From Candidatus Altimarinota bacterium (GTDB lineage Bacteria; Patescibacteriota; Gracilibacteria; BD1-5; UBA6164), in contig JAHDHC010000003.1 of NCBI GenBank assembly GCA_020631485.1, positions 10,792-74,791 on the forward strand: 64,000 bases of DNA, written 5' to 3'. The notes below the pieces were generated by a model. It was given only the letters and a program-made list of their open reading frames with translations. It searched no databases and was not told where the DNA came from. The position numbers and the translations under genes are program-made. Every line of letters starts with the position of its first letter. The stretch's first letter is position 1. Positions 36,087 through 47,896 of the stretch are shown piece after piece.

Positions 36087-39000
36087 TTACATATCAACAA
36101 CGATTTTTGCAACATATTCAAGTTTTTTGAGTATGGCTTCATTATCAAGGTTTTCTTTTTGAAGTTGATATACACGCTCGAAGAGTTTGTCTTTTGCTTC
36201 TTCTTTATTTTCTTCATCGATTTCACTAAAGAATTTTGCTATAACGAGTCTTAGTCTTTTTTCAGCTACTTTCGTGAGTTCTTGTGTTACTTTTTCCTTG
36301 TTTTGTGTTTTGTTAGAACTACTTTTGAGTTTCGCTTGTACTATCCATCTTCCTGCAATTCCTCAGATTGGAGTACAGGTAAAGAGTGTGAGATGAGGAA
36401 CAGCAAATCCTTCTTGGCTTAAAACTTGTGTATCATCTGGAGTAGTATTATAGGTCTTTGTGATCGTATGCTTTCTTAGATCATATTCTCACTTTTTCCC
36501 TGAAGTACTAAGATTTTTATTTTTTCTGGTAAATACCCATATTTCTTCTCCTTGATCAAGGGTAGGAAGAAGTCCAAATATAGTATCGTATTTCCCATTA
36601 TTTTCTTTCCAGTAACTTGAGTGCCCAAATATAACAGAGTTTCCAGTATATTCTTTTCATTTTCCAGCACTGAGTCCTACAGGAAGAGTTCCAGGATACT
36701 GCATTACTCACTCATTGAGATATCTCAAGTAGTTTTTTCATCCCTGAAGACTAAAGTCTTTTATCTGTGTTCCATCATTTACGATATCTTCATAATCACT
36801 TGTATTTTTAGGAACATATTTTAATGGTACAACAACTCAAAGACTTGGTATTACGATATACTCATCTTCATTTCTATCTTCGCTGTATGGAAGTACTGTA
36901 TTTTTCCAGTAATCAATATCTTCGCTCATTCCAGGTTTTGCCCATTTTGGTGGTGTAATATTTATCCTAGGGTGAAGAATAATACTTGTTCTCTGTGTGA
37001 GAGGAGTTCCACTTTGTGGGAGCATTTTTGGAAACTTGAAGAGGTTTGGAAACGGTATATACATAGGTGGAGTTTCCTTTTTTATAGGATCTGGCATAAC
37101 AGGAAGTATTGGAAGCTCAGGCTCTACCTCAGGTTCTGCAATAGAAGGAATAATGTAGACCGTTGGGTCCTCAGTTGTACCAGTTGTATCTGGATTTTCA
37201 ATAGTTTCTGGTTCTATAATAGTTTCTGGTTTATTTTCTGTATCATTGTTTGGAGAAGTACTCGCATCAGAAACATCTCCGACTATTACCCCATCTGGAC
37301 TTTTTCAAGAAACACTTGCAGTGTTTTCTATTCCACCCATATCCATATCTTCTTGTGTTAGGATATAGCTCGCAGAATAACTTGTTGTATCTGTTTCTCC
37401 CGGAGCAAGACTTGCGATTGTTTCTCAAGTCACTTGTACTCATGGAAGTGAAGTATCACTAAGAGTTATATCTGTAAGTACAACATCTCATGTATTTATG
37501 ATTTCAAATTCAAAATTTACGGTATCTCATGCTCCTATTTCTCCATCATTATTTGTATCTTCTACACTACTCACTCATTTGTAGAGTTTCATCGAAGGAT
37601 TCTCTTCAGGTTCTGGCATTGGTGGGATACTTGTTCATCCTCCTCCTCATCCTCCACCAGATCATCCTGTGCTTGGTGGTTCAGGGATTATAAGAACTGT
37701 TGGGTCATTGGTTGGATCTGTATCAGTTCCACCAGTAGCATCTGGTGTCTCTTCAAGGTCATTTCCATCATCTGATACATCACTTACTTCTTCACCTTGA
37801 GGAGAAGTACCTTCAGTGATCGCAGTGTTTTGGAGATATCATTGATCTACATCAGCTTGAGTGATTTGGTATCTAACTTCACATGTTGCTGTTTGCCCTG
37901 GAGTGAGTCCAGTTGCAGCATTTACAGGAAATGTACATGATGATGTTATATCTCATCTAAACATAGGATCATTGAGTGTGATGTCTGAAACAGTAACATT
38001 TCAAGTATTTGTAATCACAAAAGTATAATCTACAAGACTTCCATTTCTTGGAGTTTGATCCAGAAATAATTCGTCTGTTTTATACAGTTGGAGTCTTGGC
38101 ATAGGAGGGATAGTGTATTCTGTTGGATCACTTGGTCCTCCAGTCTCAGGTGGATTATTTACTGGATTATTTTCTGGATCAGTACTGGTATCAGAAGTAT
38201 CTTCAACTACTGTTCCACTTGGATCAGTTCCAGAAGTAGTAGCAGTATTTTCAATTCATCCAGCATCAACATCAGCCTGTGTGAGCACATATGACGCTGA
38301 GAAGTTTGTTGAATCAATTTCACCAGGAGCGAGGCTTGCAATAGGATCACCTGTGAGAACAATTCCAGTAAGAGAAGTATCACTGAGAGTGATGTTTGTA
38401 AGAGTAACGTTTCCAGTATTTTCAACAACAAATTCGTAATTCACTGTATCACCTGCACTGATCATATCGTTGTTATCAGTATCTTCTATGCTACTAATTC
38501 ATTTAAATAGTTGAATAGCTGGCATAGGAGGGATAGTGTATTCTGTTGGGTCATTTGGTCCTCCAGTTTCCGGTGGGTTATTTACTGGATTATTTTCTGG
38601 ATCAGTACTGGTATCAGAAGTATCTTCAACTACTGTTCCACTTGGATCAGTTCCAGAAGTAGTAGCAGTATTTTCAATTCATCCAGCATCAACATCAGCC
38701 TGTGTGAGCACATATGACGCTGAGAAGTTTGTTGAATCAATTTCACCAGGAGCGAGGCTTGCAATAGGATCACCTGTGAGAACAATTCCAGTAAGAGAAG
38801 TATCACTGAGAGTGATGTTTGTAAGAGTAACGTTTCCAGTATTTTCAACAACAAATTCGTAATTCACTGTATCACCTGCACTGACCATATCGTTGTTATC
38901 TGTATCTTCTATGCTACTAATTCATTTAAATAGTTGAATAGCTGGCATAGGAGGAACAATAAATGTTGTTGGATCTTCTGTTGGATCAGTATCATCGTTT

Positions 39001-41792
39001 GGATTTTCTCCTAATGGATTTTCTGTTTCTGTTCCGTCAGGATTATTTATTTCATTATTGTTTGAATCAGTATTAGCGTCGGATACATCTTCAACTATTG
39101 TTCCATTTGGATCAGTTCCTGAGACACTTGCTGTATTTTCTATTCCTCCAGCATCTAGATCAGCTTGTGTGAGGACATAGGTCGCGCTATATGTGCTAGT
39201 ATCTACTTGGTTTGGGGCAAGTGTTGTTATTGGTCCTCAGCTTACTGTGATACCCGAAAGAGATGTGTCTGTGAGTGTGATGTTTGTCAGTGTGACATTT
39301 CATGTGTTTTCGATACTGAACTCATAGCTTACTGTATCTCATGCTTCTACAACACCATCGTTATCATTGTCACTCACGCTGCTTACTCATTTGTAGAGTT
39401 TAATTGCTGGAGTTGGTCCTATTGGTTTCGTAACCTCATCTTCAGCATCTTCAAGTGTTCCATCAGTTGGAGTTCCACTTGCACTTGCAAAATTGTAGAC
39501 TTCACCATCATCTGCTTCTGTTTGTGTTACAGGGATAGATGTACAGGTATATGTCCATGTTTCGTTCGGACTTAATATACTGTCACTATTTGTATCTGTT
39601 GAACTATCAAGTGCTGGAGCACTTGCACACTTCGCATCAGTGAGGGTGATAGCTGATATATCTGTATCTCAAGTATTTTCAAGCTCAAAAACATAATCGA
39701 GCGTGTCTCCTGCTTCCATTGGGGTAGAATTGGTAGTTTTTTCAAGAGACCAGCTTGGCGCAAGAAGTGTTATAAGCGCATCATTTGATCAGCTTATATT
39801 ATCACCATCTTGTATAGCTTGTATAGGAGTTCTTCCGGTGCTTGTGTCTACATCAGAATCGAGATCTGGATCACTTCCTTGAGAACTTGGAGAAAAAGCA
39901 TATCATGCAGGAAGATCAAACTCTACATAGTAGTTTCCAGGAGTAATATCTGAGAAAACGTAGTTTCCATTTGCATCTGTTGTTGTAGTGTCTATAAGTG
40001 TTCCTGTAGAGTCATAGAGCTCTACCGTTGATCCACTAAATCCATTTTCACCAGCATCTTGAATCCCATTTCCATTGGTATCTATCCAGAGGTCATCACT
40101 GATCGTTCAAGCGGGGATTGGAACTATGAGTGCATCATTTGCTCCTGTAACTGTTCATCAAGAAATAGCTTGAACAGGAGTTGCTGCTGTAGTTCCGTCT
40201 ACATCAGAATCTAGATCAGAATCAGATCCTTGACCACTTGGTGCAAAAGTATATCATGCAGGAAGATCAAACTCTACATAGTAGTTTCCAGGAGTGACCC
40301 CTAAGAAAACATAATTTCAATTTGAATCGGTTGTTGTTGTATCTACGAGATTTCCGAGAGAATCACGTAACTCTACTGTAGATCCACTAAATCAACTCTC
40401 ACCAGCATCTTGGATTCCATTTCCATTGGTGTCTATCCAGAGCTCATCAGTGATAACTGCTAGTTCGCTGAATGGGAAGTCTACATCCGTGACATTTGCT
40501 CAGTCTACATCAGCTTCAAGTGGATTTGTCCCTGAAAGGCTAAATCATGCAGGGATATCAGTATCGCTAGTGTCTACTTGTATGAGATAGTTTCCACTTG
40601 CTGCATTGAACATATAGCTTCCATCTGGTGCGGTATCTGTCGTAGCAATAACCATATCTGCACCATCTATGATTCCATTATTGTTGTTATCTGTGTAGAG
40701 TGAGAGTCTCACGCTTCCTATTCCTGTTTCACTATCCTCTACTCCGTTTCCATTGGCATCTTCAAATACTTCACCAGTAATAGTATAATTAAAACTGAAG
40801 AATCCAGCTGTACCCCCATATATGTCGGCATCAGCTACGTCACCTGAGGCTGATGTATTGGTTGGATAAGTTGTATAGTCAACCACATCTACTCACGCGA
40901 GGAGATTATTTGGCTGCGTATCATCATAGAGGTCTTGAGACATATATGAAAATCCATAATAGGTTTGTCATGGAGACAGTCAAAGATCATCTGCCGTTAC
41001 AAACACCATTCATAAAGATTCTTCTAACGAATAGTCAAATACTGGTCATGTCTGAGGGGGATTTTCCTCATTGTCTAGAAAACCATTATCACTCGAGAAA
41101 CTCGTAATAGCATATCTGATTGGTTCACTAGTCTGAGAGGCTTGCCATATCTTTGTAAGTGGTCCATATGATGCAGGATCTCCATTTGAATCAAGACTGA
41201 GAATAGGAGATATGATCATATTATTGTTTCATGATTTCTCTGTTACTAGATGCCCTGAATTTTGAAAGTCGGTAGTATTTGCAGAGAGATTGATTCCATC
41301 GTTGAAAATAAAATCTATTCTTTCTATATTATTTTCATTTCATTCTTTACCGGGAGTTTCCAAATTTGCAAATACGTCAAGCGCTCAGATGTTTATGATT
41401 CTTCATGAAACAATTTTCGCAATGTCACAATTATCTCAAGCTCCTTGAGGATAACTTGGTCAATATGTGTAATCATCACCATTCAACTCAACAAAGAGTC
41501 TACATCTTTCTCACGTTACTTGCGCGTTATCTACCCTTCTAACAAGTACTTCATCTGCTACTATAGAGGGAGAAAATGTCCCCGATGCAGTAGTAAAAGT
41601 ATCGAGATGCACATCGACTCATGTTCACCAGTTATATGTCTGACCTCATACTGTATATGAAGTTGGAACTCATGGTGTGGTAAAAGTAGTAATACTTGTT
41701 ACTCATTGGCTGGAACCATATACGGGGCTTGTTAGAGGTCCAAATACCAAAAAGAATAGTAATATCATACTTATTATTTTTTTCGTATTCAT
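36087..41792 (-). CDS. giant secreted adhesin-like protein (1901 aa) with a C-terminal sortase domain in the same reading frame
   Basis: Minus-strand frame checked triplet by triplet from 41792 to 36090: no TAA/TAG, about 54 in-frame TGA, stop TAA at 36087-36089. [26 protein letters not shown] signal peptide. About 330-aa N-terminal domain. Three SdrD-B/Cna-B-like modules ([27 protein letters not shown]...; [29 protein letters not shown]...[15 protein letters not shown], twice). Six DUF11-type repeats (LYKGVSS..GDTV.YEF...[13 protein letters not shown]...YVLTQAD.DAG). Pro/Gly linkers. Sortase domain and a Lys/Glu-rich helical tail. Confidence 0.85.
36327..36863 (-). other. sortase catalytic domain (part of the giant CDS)
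   Basis: [14 protein letters not shown]...[12 protein letters not shown]...[12 protein letters not shown] (His codon 36621-36623)...GEEIWVF...[12 protein letters not shown] (Cys codon 36375-36377)...GRWIVQAKL (Arg codon 36348-36350). Order and spacing match the sortase His-Cys-Arg triad. Confidence 0.8.
38097..38942 (-). repeat. near-identical 423-bp tandem duplication (2 copies, in frame, one DUF11 repeat of 141 aa each)
   Basis: 38097-38519 and 38520-38942 differ at only a handful of positions. Track ORFs repeat exactly at a +423 offset: 38113/38536, 38207/38630, 38256/38679. Confidence 0.9.
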
Positions 41793-42082
41793 AAAAAAAA
41801 GTAAATAATGTAAAAATAAACATACAGTAAAATTGTATCATATAGATTTATGAAGTTCTATAATATGAATCTTGCTATTTTTATAATTTATTTAATAGAA
41901 TATTTTTTACGAATTAAAGAATATATATTTTTACTTTCTTAAAAAAAGGATTACACTTCATACTACACTTATCTAAAAAATGAGTGCGATACAACACAAT
42001 ATAAAACTTGATTTTCTTCATCACACAGCCATTTCTACACAAGTGGAGTGTGATATTCACTTAGTTCAATAAAAATAAAATT

Positions 42083-43606
42083 ATGTCAATTATTTACCCT
42101 ATAATAGGGGCAATTTTTGGGGCATCAGTGGCCTCAGTATTTTTCTTTATTTGGGAAAATAGAAAATTCACGCAAAAAAAGCAAAAATGAGATGATATAT
42201 TGGAAAATGCAAAAAAAGAAGCAAAAACTATATTGCAGGATGGGAAACAAGAGGCATCTAAGATAACTCGTGACGCAAAAAAAGAAGCACACCAATTAAT
42301 GCAAAAAAATGAAAAAATAGAGCAAAAACTCTTAGATAGAGAGGATAGACTTGAGAAAAAAATAGAAGAGATAGAACAGAAAAAAGATGAGCTGAAAGGA
42401 AAAGAAGATGCAATAGAACAAGAAAAATCTGAACTTCACAGGAAACAAGTGGATTTAGATGGAAAACTCTGAGAGATAGCAAAACTGTCAGAAGAAGAAG
42501 CAAAAGAGATTTTCATAAATGACATCAAAAAGAGATACGCAAAAGATGGAGTTACAGCGATTCAAAGATATAAAAAAGAGCTTGAGAAAAACAAAAAAGA
42601 AGAAGCAAGAGAAATAGTACTTCGTGCCATACAACAATATGCCTGAGATGTGACAAATGAGGTGACAAACACCATGATAGAGCTCCCGTGAGATGAGATA
42701 AAGGGAAAACTCATAGGAAAAGAGGGAAGAAATATCACAGCATTTGAAAGAGCAACCGGAGTAGCACTTATAATTGATGATACTCCAGGATCAGTATTTA
42801 TCTCAGCTTTTGATCTTTTTAGAAGGTATGTCGCAAAAAAATCACTTGAAAAGCTTATAGAAGACGGAAGAATCCAGCCAGCACGTATAGAAGAAGTCGT
42901 TGAAGCAACCACAAAAGAAGCTGATGTCTTGCTCAGAGAACTTTGAGAAAAAGCATTAAATGACCTTTGACTATGAGGAAAAGTTCCAGAAGAGATTATT
43001 CCAATTATTTGAAAACTGAGATTTAGAACAAGCTATGGTCAAAATATGCTCAGACACTCTCTAGAGGTAGCTATCATTGCAGAAAATATAGGGAGAGAAC
43101 TTGGGATGAAAGATCTTTCAACACTCCGTTTGTGAGGATTATTGCATGATATAGGAAAGGCTTTGGATCAGGATTTGGAAGGAGGACATCCAGAGATATG
43201 AGCGAATCTCTGAAGAAAATACAAACTCCCAGAAAAGGTCATAGATATGATAGAAAATCATCATGGAGAGTCTTTTTCTATCAGTTTAGAGTCTTCCATT
43301 ATACAAGTAGCTGATGCTATAAGTTCTGTGAGACCATGAGCGAGAAGAGAAAACATAGAACTCTACATAAAGAGAATTCAAGAAATGGAATCTTTAGTAC
43401 AAAGCTTTTCAGGTGTTTCAAAAGCATTTGCCATAAGTGCAGGAAGAGAGATACGTGTCTATGTAGACTCAGCGACAACTACTGATCTAGAAGCCGAAGA
43501 GATGGCTTCAAATATAGCCTGAGAGATCGAAGCAAAACTTCAATACCCAGGAGAGGTAAAAGTAAACTTGATTCGTGAGATGAGAGTGATAGAATATGCT
43601 AAGTAA
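42083..43606 (+). CDS. rny: ribonuclease Y
   Basis: N-terminal [24 protein letters not shown], Lys/Glu coiled coil, KH domain [31 protein letters not shown] domain [11 protein letters not shown]...HPEIGA...ENHHG. 507 aa. Confidence 0.92.
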
Positions 43607-43626
43607 AATTTAAAAGTAACAAAACC

Positions 43627-44184
43627 ATGTACAACGCAAGTGATTTAAAAGTAGGAAAAAAATTTATTATGGACAATGCTCCATATGAAGTAGTGAGCTA
43701 TGCTCAGAAAGTAATGGGAAGATGAGGTTCTATCATAAATATAAAAGCGAAAAACCTAATAACAGGATCGAATGTTCCAAAAACTTTTTCTGATCATGAT
43801 AAATTTGAGCCAGCTGATATAGCAACAAAAAATTATGATTATTTGTACAATGATGGGACTGATTATTATTTTATGTCTCAAGAAAGCTATGAACAAGTAT
43901 CACTTCCAAAAGAAACTCTCGATGGAGCTGAGTACTTCTTAAATGATGGAGACAAAGTGATGTTGCAGGAATATAACGGACAAGCTATAAATGTGAATCT
44001 CGAGCCTACTGCAATTCTTGAGGTGACTGAAACTCCTCCATGAGAGAAAGGTGATACCGCAACCGGATGAAGAAAGCCCGCAACTATGTCTACTTGACTC
44101 GTTGTCCAGGTGCCATTATTTGTAAATATAGGAGATAGATTAAAGATTGATACAAGAACGAAAGAGTATCAATCGAGAGCTTAA
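43627..44184 (+). CDS. efp: translation elongation factor P
   Basis: MYNASDLKVGKKFIMDNAPYEVVSYAQKVMGRGGSIINIKAKNLITG...[33 protein letters not shown]. 185 aa. Confidence 0.93.
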
Positions 44185-44200
44185 ATTATAACTATATATT

Positions 44201-44998
44201 GTGTTTCCACGCTTTGAAATATTTGATACTGGTATTATCGTGTATGTTTTCTGACTTACGCTTGCTGTCTGTTTTTTCCTATTTACTTGGATGCTCAAAA
44301 AGCTTTCATGAAAAGTATGAGTAAATGCTTCATTTTTCTTTACAAGAACTTTGTGGTATTTTTTGAGTATTGTTGTTTTTTCAAGAATACTCTATGTTAT
44401 ATCAGATTGGGATGATATGAGACATATAAAAAATCCACTTGAGTTTTTTGTTATGAGTGAATACAATTTTTCTCTTTATGGTGCGTTAATTTGATTCTTT
44501 TTCGTCCTTTTATACTCATTAAAGTCTTATAAGCTCAAGCTAGATAAATATATAGATATTTCTGTACTGTCATTTTTGTTTATGATAAGTGTCTGATTCG
44601 TTGGTGCCTTTTTGGGATGACAGATATATGGGAAACCAACAGACCTATGAATAGAAGTATTATATAACCATCCTTTTACCATAGTACCTTCTGAAGTTCC
44701 ATTGTTTCCGCTTGCATTAGTATATGCTATCTGAGCATTTATCCTCTTTTCTATATCATATAGTGTATTTCTCTTCGTGAATACACGTTGAATTATTGGA
44801 TATATAGCTTTTATAGCTTTTAATGCTATGATGCTCGTTGGAGAAGTATTTACTTGAAAATATGATATACTCAAAACGACCTATTTAGATATAAATATAA
44901 ACCAGATTCTTGCTGTGTTTTTTATCATCGTCTCCTTATATAAACTTATACAACTCATTCAGAGGCAGCCCACTAAAACTGAGGTCATCTCAAGTTAG
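44201..44998 (+). CDS. lgt: prolipoprotein diacylglyceryl transferase family protein
   Basis: GTG start. IIVYVFGLTLAVCFF, FSRILYVISDW, FSLYGALIGFF, FVGAFLGGQIYGKPT and PLFPLALVYA align by eye to the Lgt blocks (YG, R.gyV, hGgliG, G.iyG.pt, P.qLYE), but they are divergent. 265 aa. Confidence 0.65.
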
Positions 44999-45007
44999 AT
45001 TACAGAG

Positions 45008-46498
45008 ATGAAAAATAGACTTACACTCCATATACTATTTATTGCATTTTTATTTACATTTTTGTTGTGAATATATGTTTTTAATACTCTAAAAGACCTA
45101 TTAATGTGTCTTTTTTTGTGAGGCTGAATCTTTCTTGTATATTTACAGTATTATATATATGGGAAAAAGTTTTTCCAACTATGACTTACGATATGTCTCT
45201 GATTTTTATCTTGAGTTTTCGTCTGATATTATAATTTTCAAGATATTGACTCCAAAAGGAGTATCATATGACAATATAATACTAATCAAGAATATCTTGT
45301 CAGTTTTATGATACAAGATGTATATAAAAAGATCGATTTTGATATAGATTATAAGGTCAAAATATTAAAAATATCCAATCAAGACATAGACAAAAATATA
45401 TATGCACTCCTCAAGACAAAGAAAAATTTCTCATTTATGCACTGAGATATATTAGAAGTAACAACTCCAATTAAATCTATAGATAACTTCTCTGAAACTT
45501 TTGACTATGAAGGATATATGAATTCAAGAAATATATACACTATCTTTTATGCGCATAATTTTGACAAAATTTGATATGAAGAGCCTCATGAAATTTTGAA
45601 AATACTCTGAAAATTTAGATCTCAGATGCTTCTGATGATTCATAAGCTCTACCCCAAAAATGAGGCAGTTTTTCTTTGATGAATACTCATATGAGCAAGA
45701 GAAGCAATTCCTGACTGACTGAGTGATTCTTTCAATAATTCATGACTGACTCATCTGATAGCAGTAAGCGGATATAATATAACTATAATTATAGTCTTTT
45801 TAAGCTATATTCTTGCTCTTGTGCCCAAAGCTTTGAGAGTATGTATTATAACGATATGTGTTGTATTGTACTTATTTATTGTATGATACGGGGCTGCAGT
45901 CTTGAGAGCTACGATCATGTGACTCGTCGGCTACTATGTTTTGATGTCGGGGAGGAAATGAGATAGTCTTGCGATACTTCTCTTTTCTGCGTGATCTATG
46001 CTTGTATTTAATCCTTTTCTCATAAATTATGATATAGGTTTTCAGCTGAGCTTTCTCGCAGTTTTTGGGCTTTTGTATACACAAAAATTTTTTGAAAAAA
46101 TCTTCTTTTTTCTCCCAAAAAAATTTGCGATACAAGAGAGCTTTGTCCTGACATTGTCAGCATTTGTCTTTACTGTCCCTATTATGATTTATAACTTTGG
46201 ACAGATATCGATTCTTGCCCCTATTGCAAATATGATAGTATGATGGACAATTCCTTTTGCTATGGCATTTTGATCTCTTTCACTTCTTGTTTTCTCAGTA
46301 TCAGAATCACTATGATATCTTGTAGGATTAATAGCTTATGCATTTTTAAAGTGGACAACATCTGTCGCGACATATTTTGGATCTATCGATCTTGCTCTGC
46401 TCAAGATTGATCTCTGAGAAGGATGAATATATTTTCAAATTGTATACTTTCTTCTTGTGATTTTTTGTCTTTTATTTTTTTCAAAAAAAGAAGCTTAA
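45008..46498 (+). CDS. comEC: ComEC/Rec2 family DNA-uptake channel protein (competence domain only)
   Basis: FFNNSGLTHLIAVSGYNITIIIVFL, AAVLRATIMG, NYDIGFQLSFLAVFGLL, polytopic. N-terminal part frame checked. 496 aa. No metallo-beta-lactamase domain. Confidence 0.8.
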
Positions 46499-47841
46499 TC
46501 TGCTCCTTTTTCTCTATCTCAAACTATTTGAGAGTCAGCTCATATTGTCTCAGAATCATGATACGGGATATCTCCTGCTTGTATATCTAGATTTGCTATT
46601 TCTGTATCATTTGAATAAGCGTCTTCTCAATTATTTTGAGGAGTTTCAGCTTGTTTTTCTCATTGATTATCAATTTTTTCAGCTTGTTGTATGGACTGTA
46701 CTTTTTTTTGTTTCTCAACTTGCTTTTCTTCTCATAGCTGATGATTTTTTCTGAGAAGCTGTTCTATTTGAGTAAAATTTTGCTGTCAGACTTTTTCATA
46801 TATTCATAACTGTATTCATTGTAGATAGACGAGCGCTTGGAGTCATTTTTCTTGTACACGTGTATCTGGAGATGCGAGATTATGTATGGCAACAGCAAAA
46901 GTTTCACTTTTCCTGTTGATACTATAATTGTTTTTGAGTAAGCGCTTTGCAGCAACCTGTATAGCAACACTTAGATCAGCTTCTATATCGATACTTCCAT
47001 CTTTTTTCGTAATGTTAATATAATTTTTTGATGTCAGAATATTTGCTTGAGTTCTTATGTGCTCTTGTATGTTCATTCAAGGGAATATTTCTATTCCAGA
47101 GTTAGGGAAATCTTTTTGGAACTTTTCTTGATTTTTCCTTTGTGTGCCTGCTTCTTCACTGAGTCATAGAAGAAGATAAGGTTCAATGACTGTATGTTTT
47201 GGAATTTCAGCTAAATCATGAAAGCCTCAGTCTCTAATATATATCTGATTCAGTGCTCTAAAATCTTGACTGTCTATGATTCATTCATCTAAAAGTCTAA
47301 AAAGTATAGGATAGGCTGGATCATCTATAAAAGAAACTTGTGTTTCATTGGTCTCGATATCTTTCTCTTGAGTATAAGAGATACTGAGAGATAGTTCATC
47401 AAGAATGAGCTGACAGAGCTTATTTGAATCATTTTCATCAAGTGCTATTATTGTAGGATCATGACTCGCTTCGATAATTGCGAGTTGTATAAGTATTTGT
47501 TCTTTTGAATCTTCTGACACACTATCAAATGTATGTCATCAAAAACTCGATGCGTATTTTTCAAAAGACAGTGCAACTCAAGCTTCTGACCTTTTGAATT
47601 TTGTATAGTTTGATACTATTCTATCGCAGAGTGCTATATTGGTTACAAGAGGGCATTCATGCTCTCAAACATCAAGTTTTGACGGGATAATTGATCTCAA
47701 TTTTTTGCACTCGTTTGTATTTTCAAAATGATCTTGTATTTCACGAGATTCTATTGAAGCATTTTCTTGTGACTGAGCCTCAGGAAAAACTTCTTGTGCT
47801 ATGTTGCGAGTTCAATCTTTATTTTTTGGATCTTTATACAT
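46495..47841 (-). CDS. hypothetical acidic protein (448 aa)
   Basis: Frame checked 46498-47841. In frame with track ORFs 47281..47520 and 46843..47076. Its stop overlaps the comEC stop (TTAA). No family recognised. Confidence 0.55.
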
Positions 47842-47896
47842 AAAAAGCTATTAATATGATACTAGTATATCGTATTAATAGCCCTTTATCAAAAAA

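Noticed and set aside
35900-36226. Track ORF (108 aa, minus strand) spanning the fusA 3' end and terminator
   Set aside because: It is out of frame with the adhesin tail and reads through the fusA terminator hairpin and the fusA coding sequence. Its composition is low-complexity Lys-rich. It is spurious.
36087-37097. Sortase as a separate gene starting at ATG 37097 (track ORF 36837..37097)
   Set aside because: There is no TAA/TAG anywhere upstream in this frame as far as 41792. The apparent ORF boundary in the track is only a TGA. The putative N-terminus has no TM anchor or signal peptide, which a stand-alone sortase would need. An internal start cannot be excluded from sequence alone.
38097-38942. 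423-bp direct repeats as a CRISPR array, an IS element or satellite DNA
   Set aside because: There are only two long units, no spacers and no terminal inverted repeats. Both copies are in frame and encode a complete DUF11-type domain.
38088-39575. Plus-strand ORFs (38088.., 38113.., 38511.., 38536.., 39165..) inside the adhesin region
   Set aside because: They are antisense shadows of the DUF11 repeats. They repeat at +423 only because the underlying coding repeat is duplicated.
41632-41841. Track ORF MIQFYCMF... as the 5' end of the giant gene
   Set aside because: It is in a different frame and ends in a true TAA. The frame continuous with the adhesin starts at ATG 41790-41792 and encodes a proper signal peptide ([26 protein letters not shown]).
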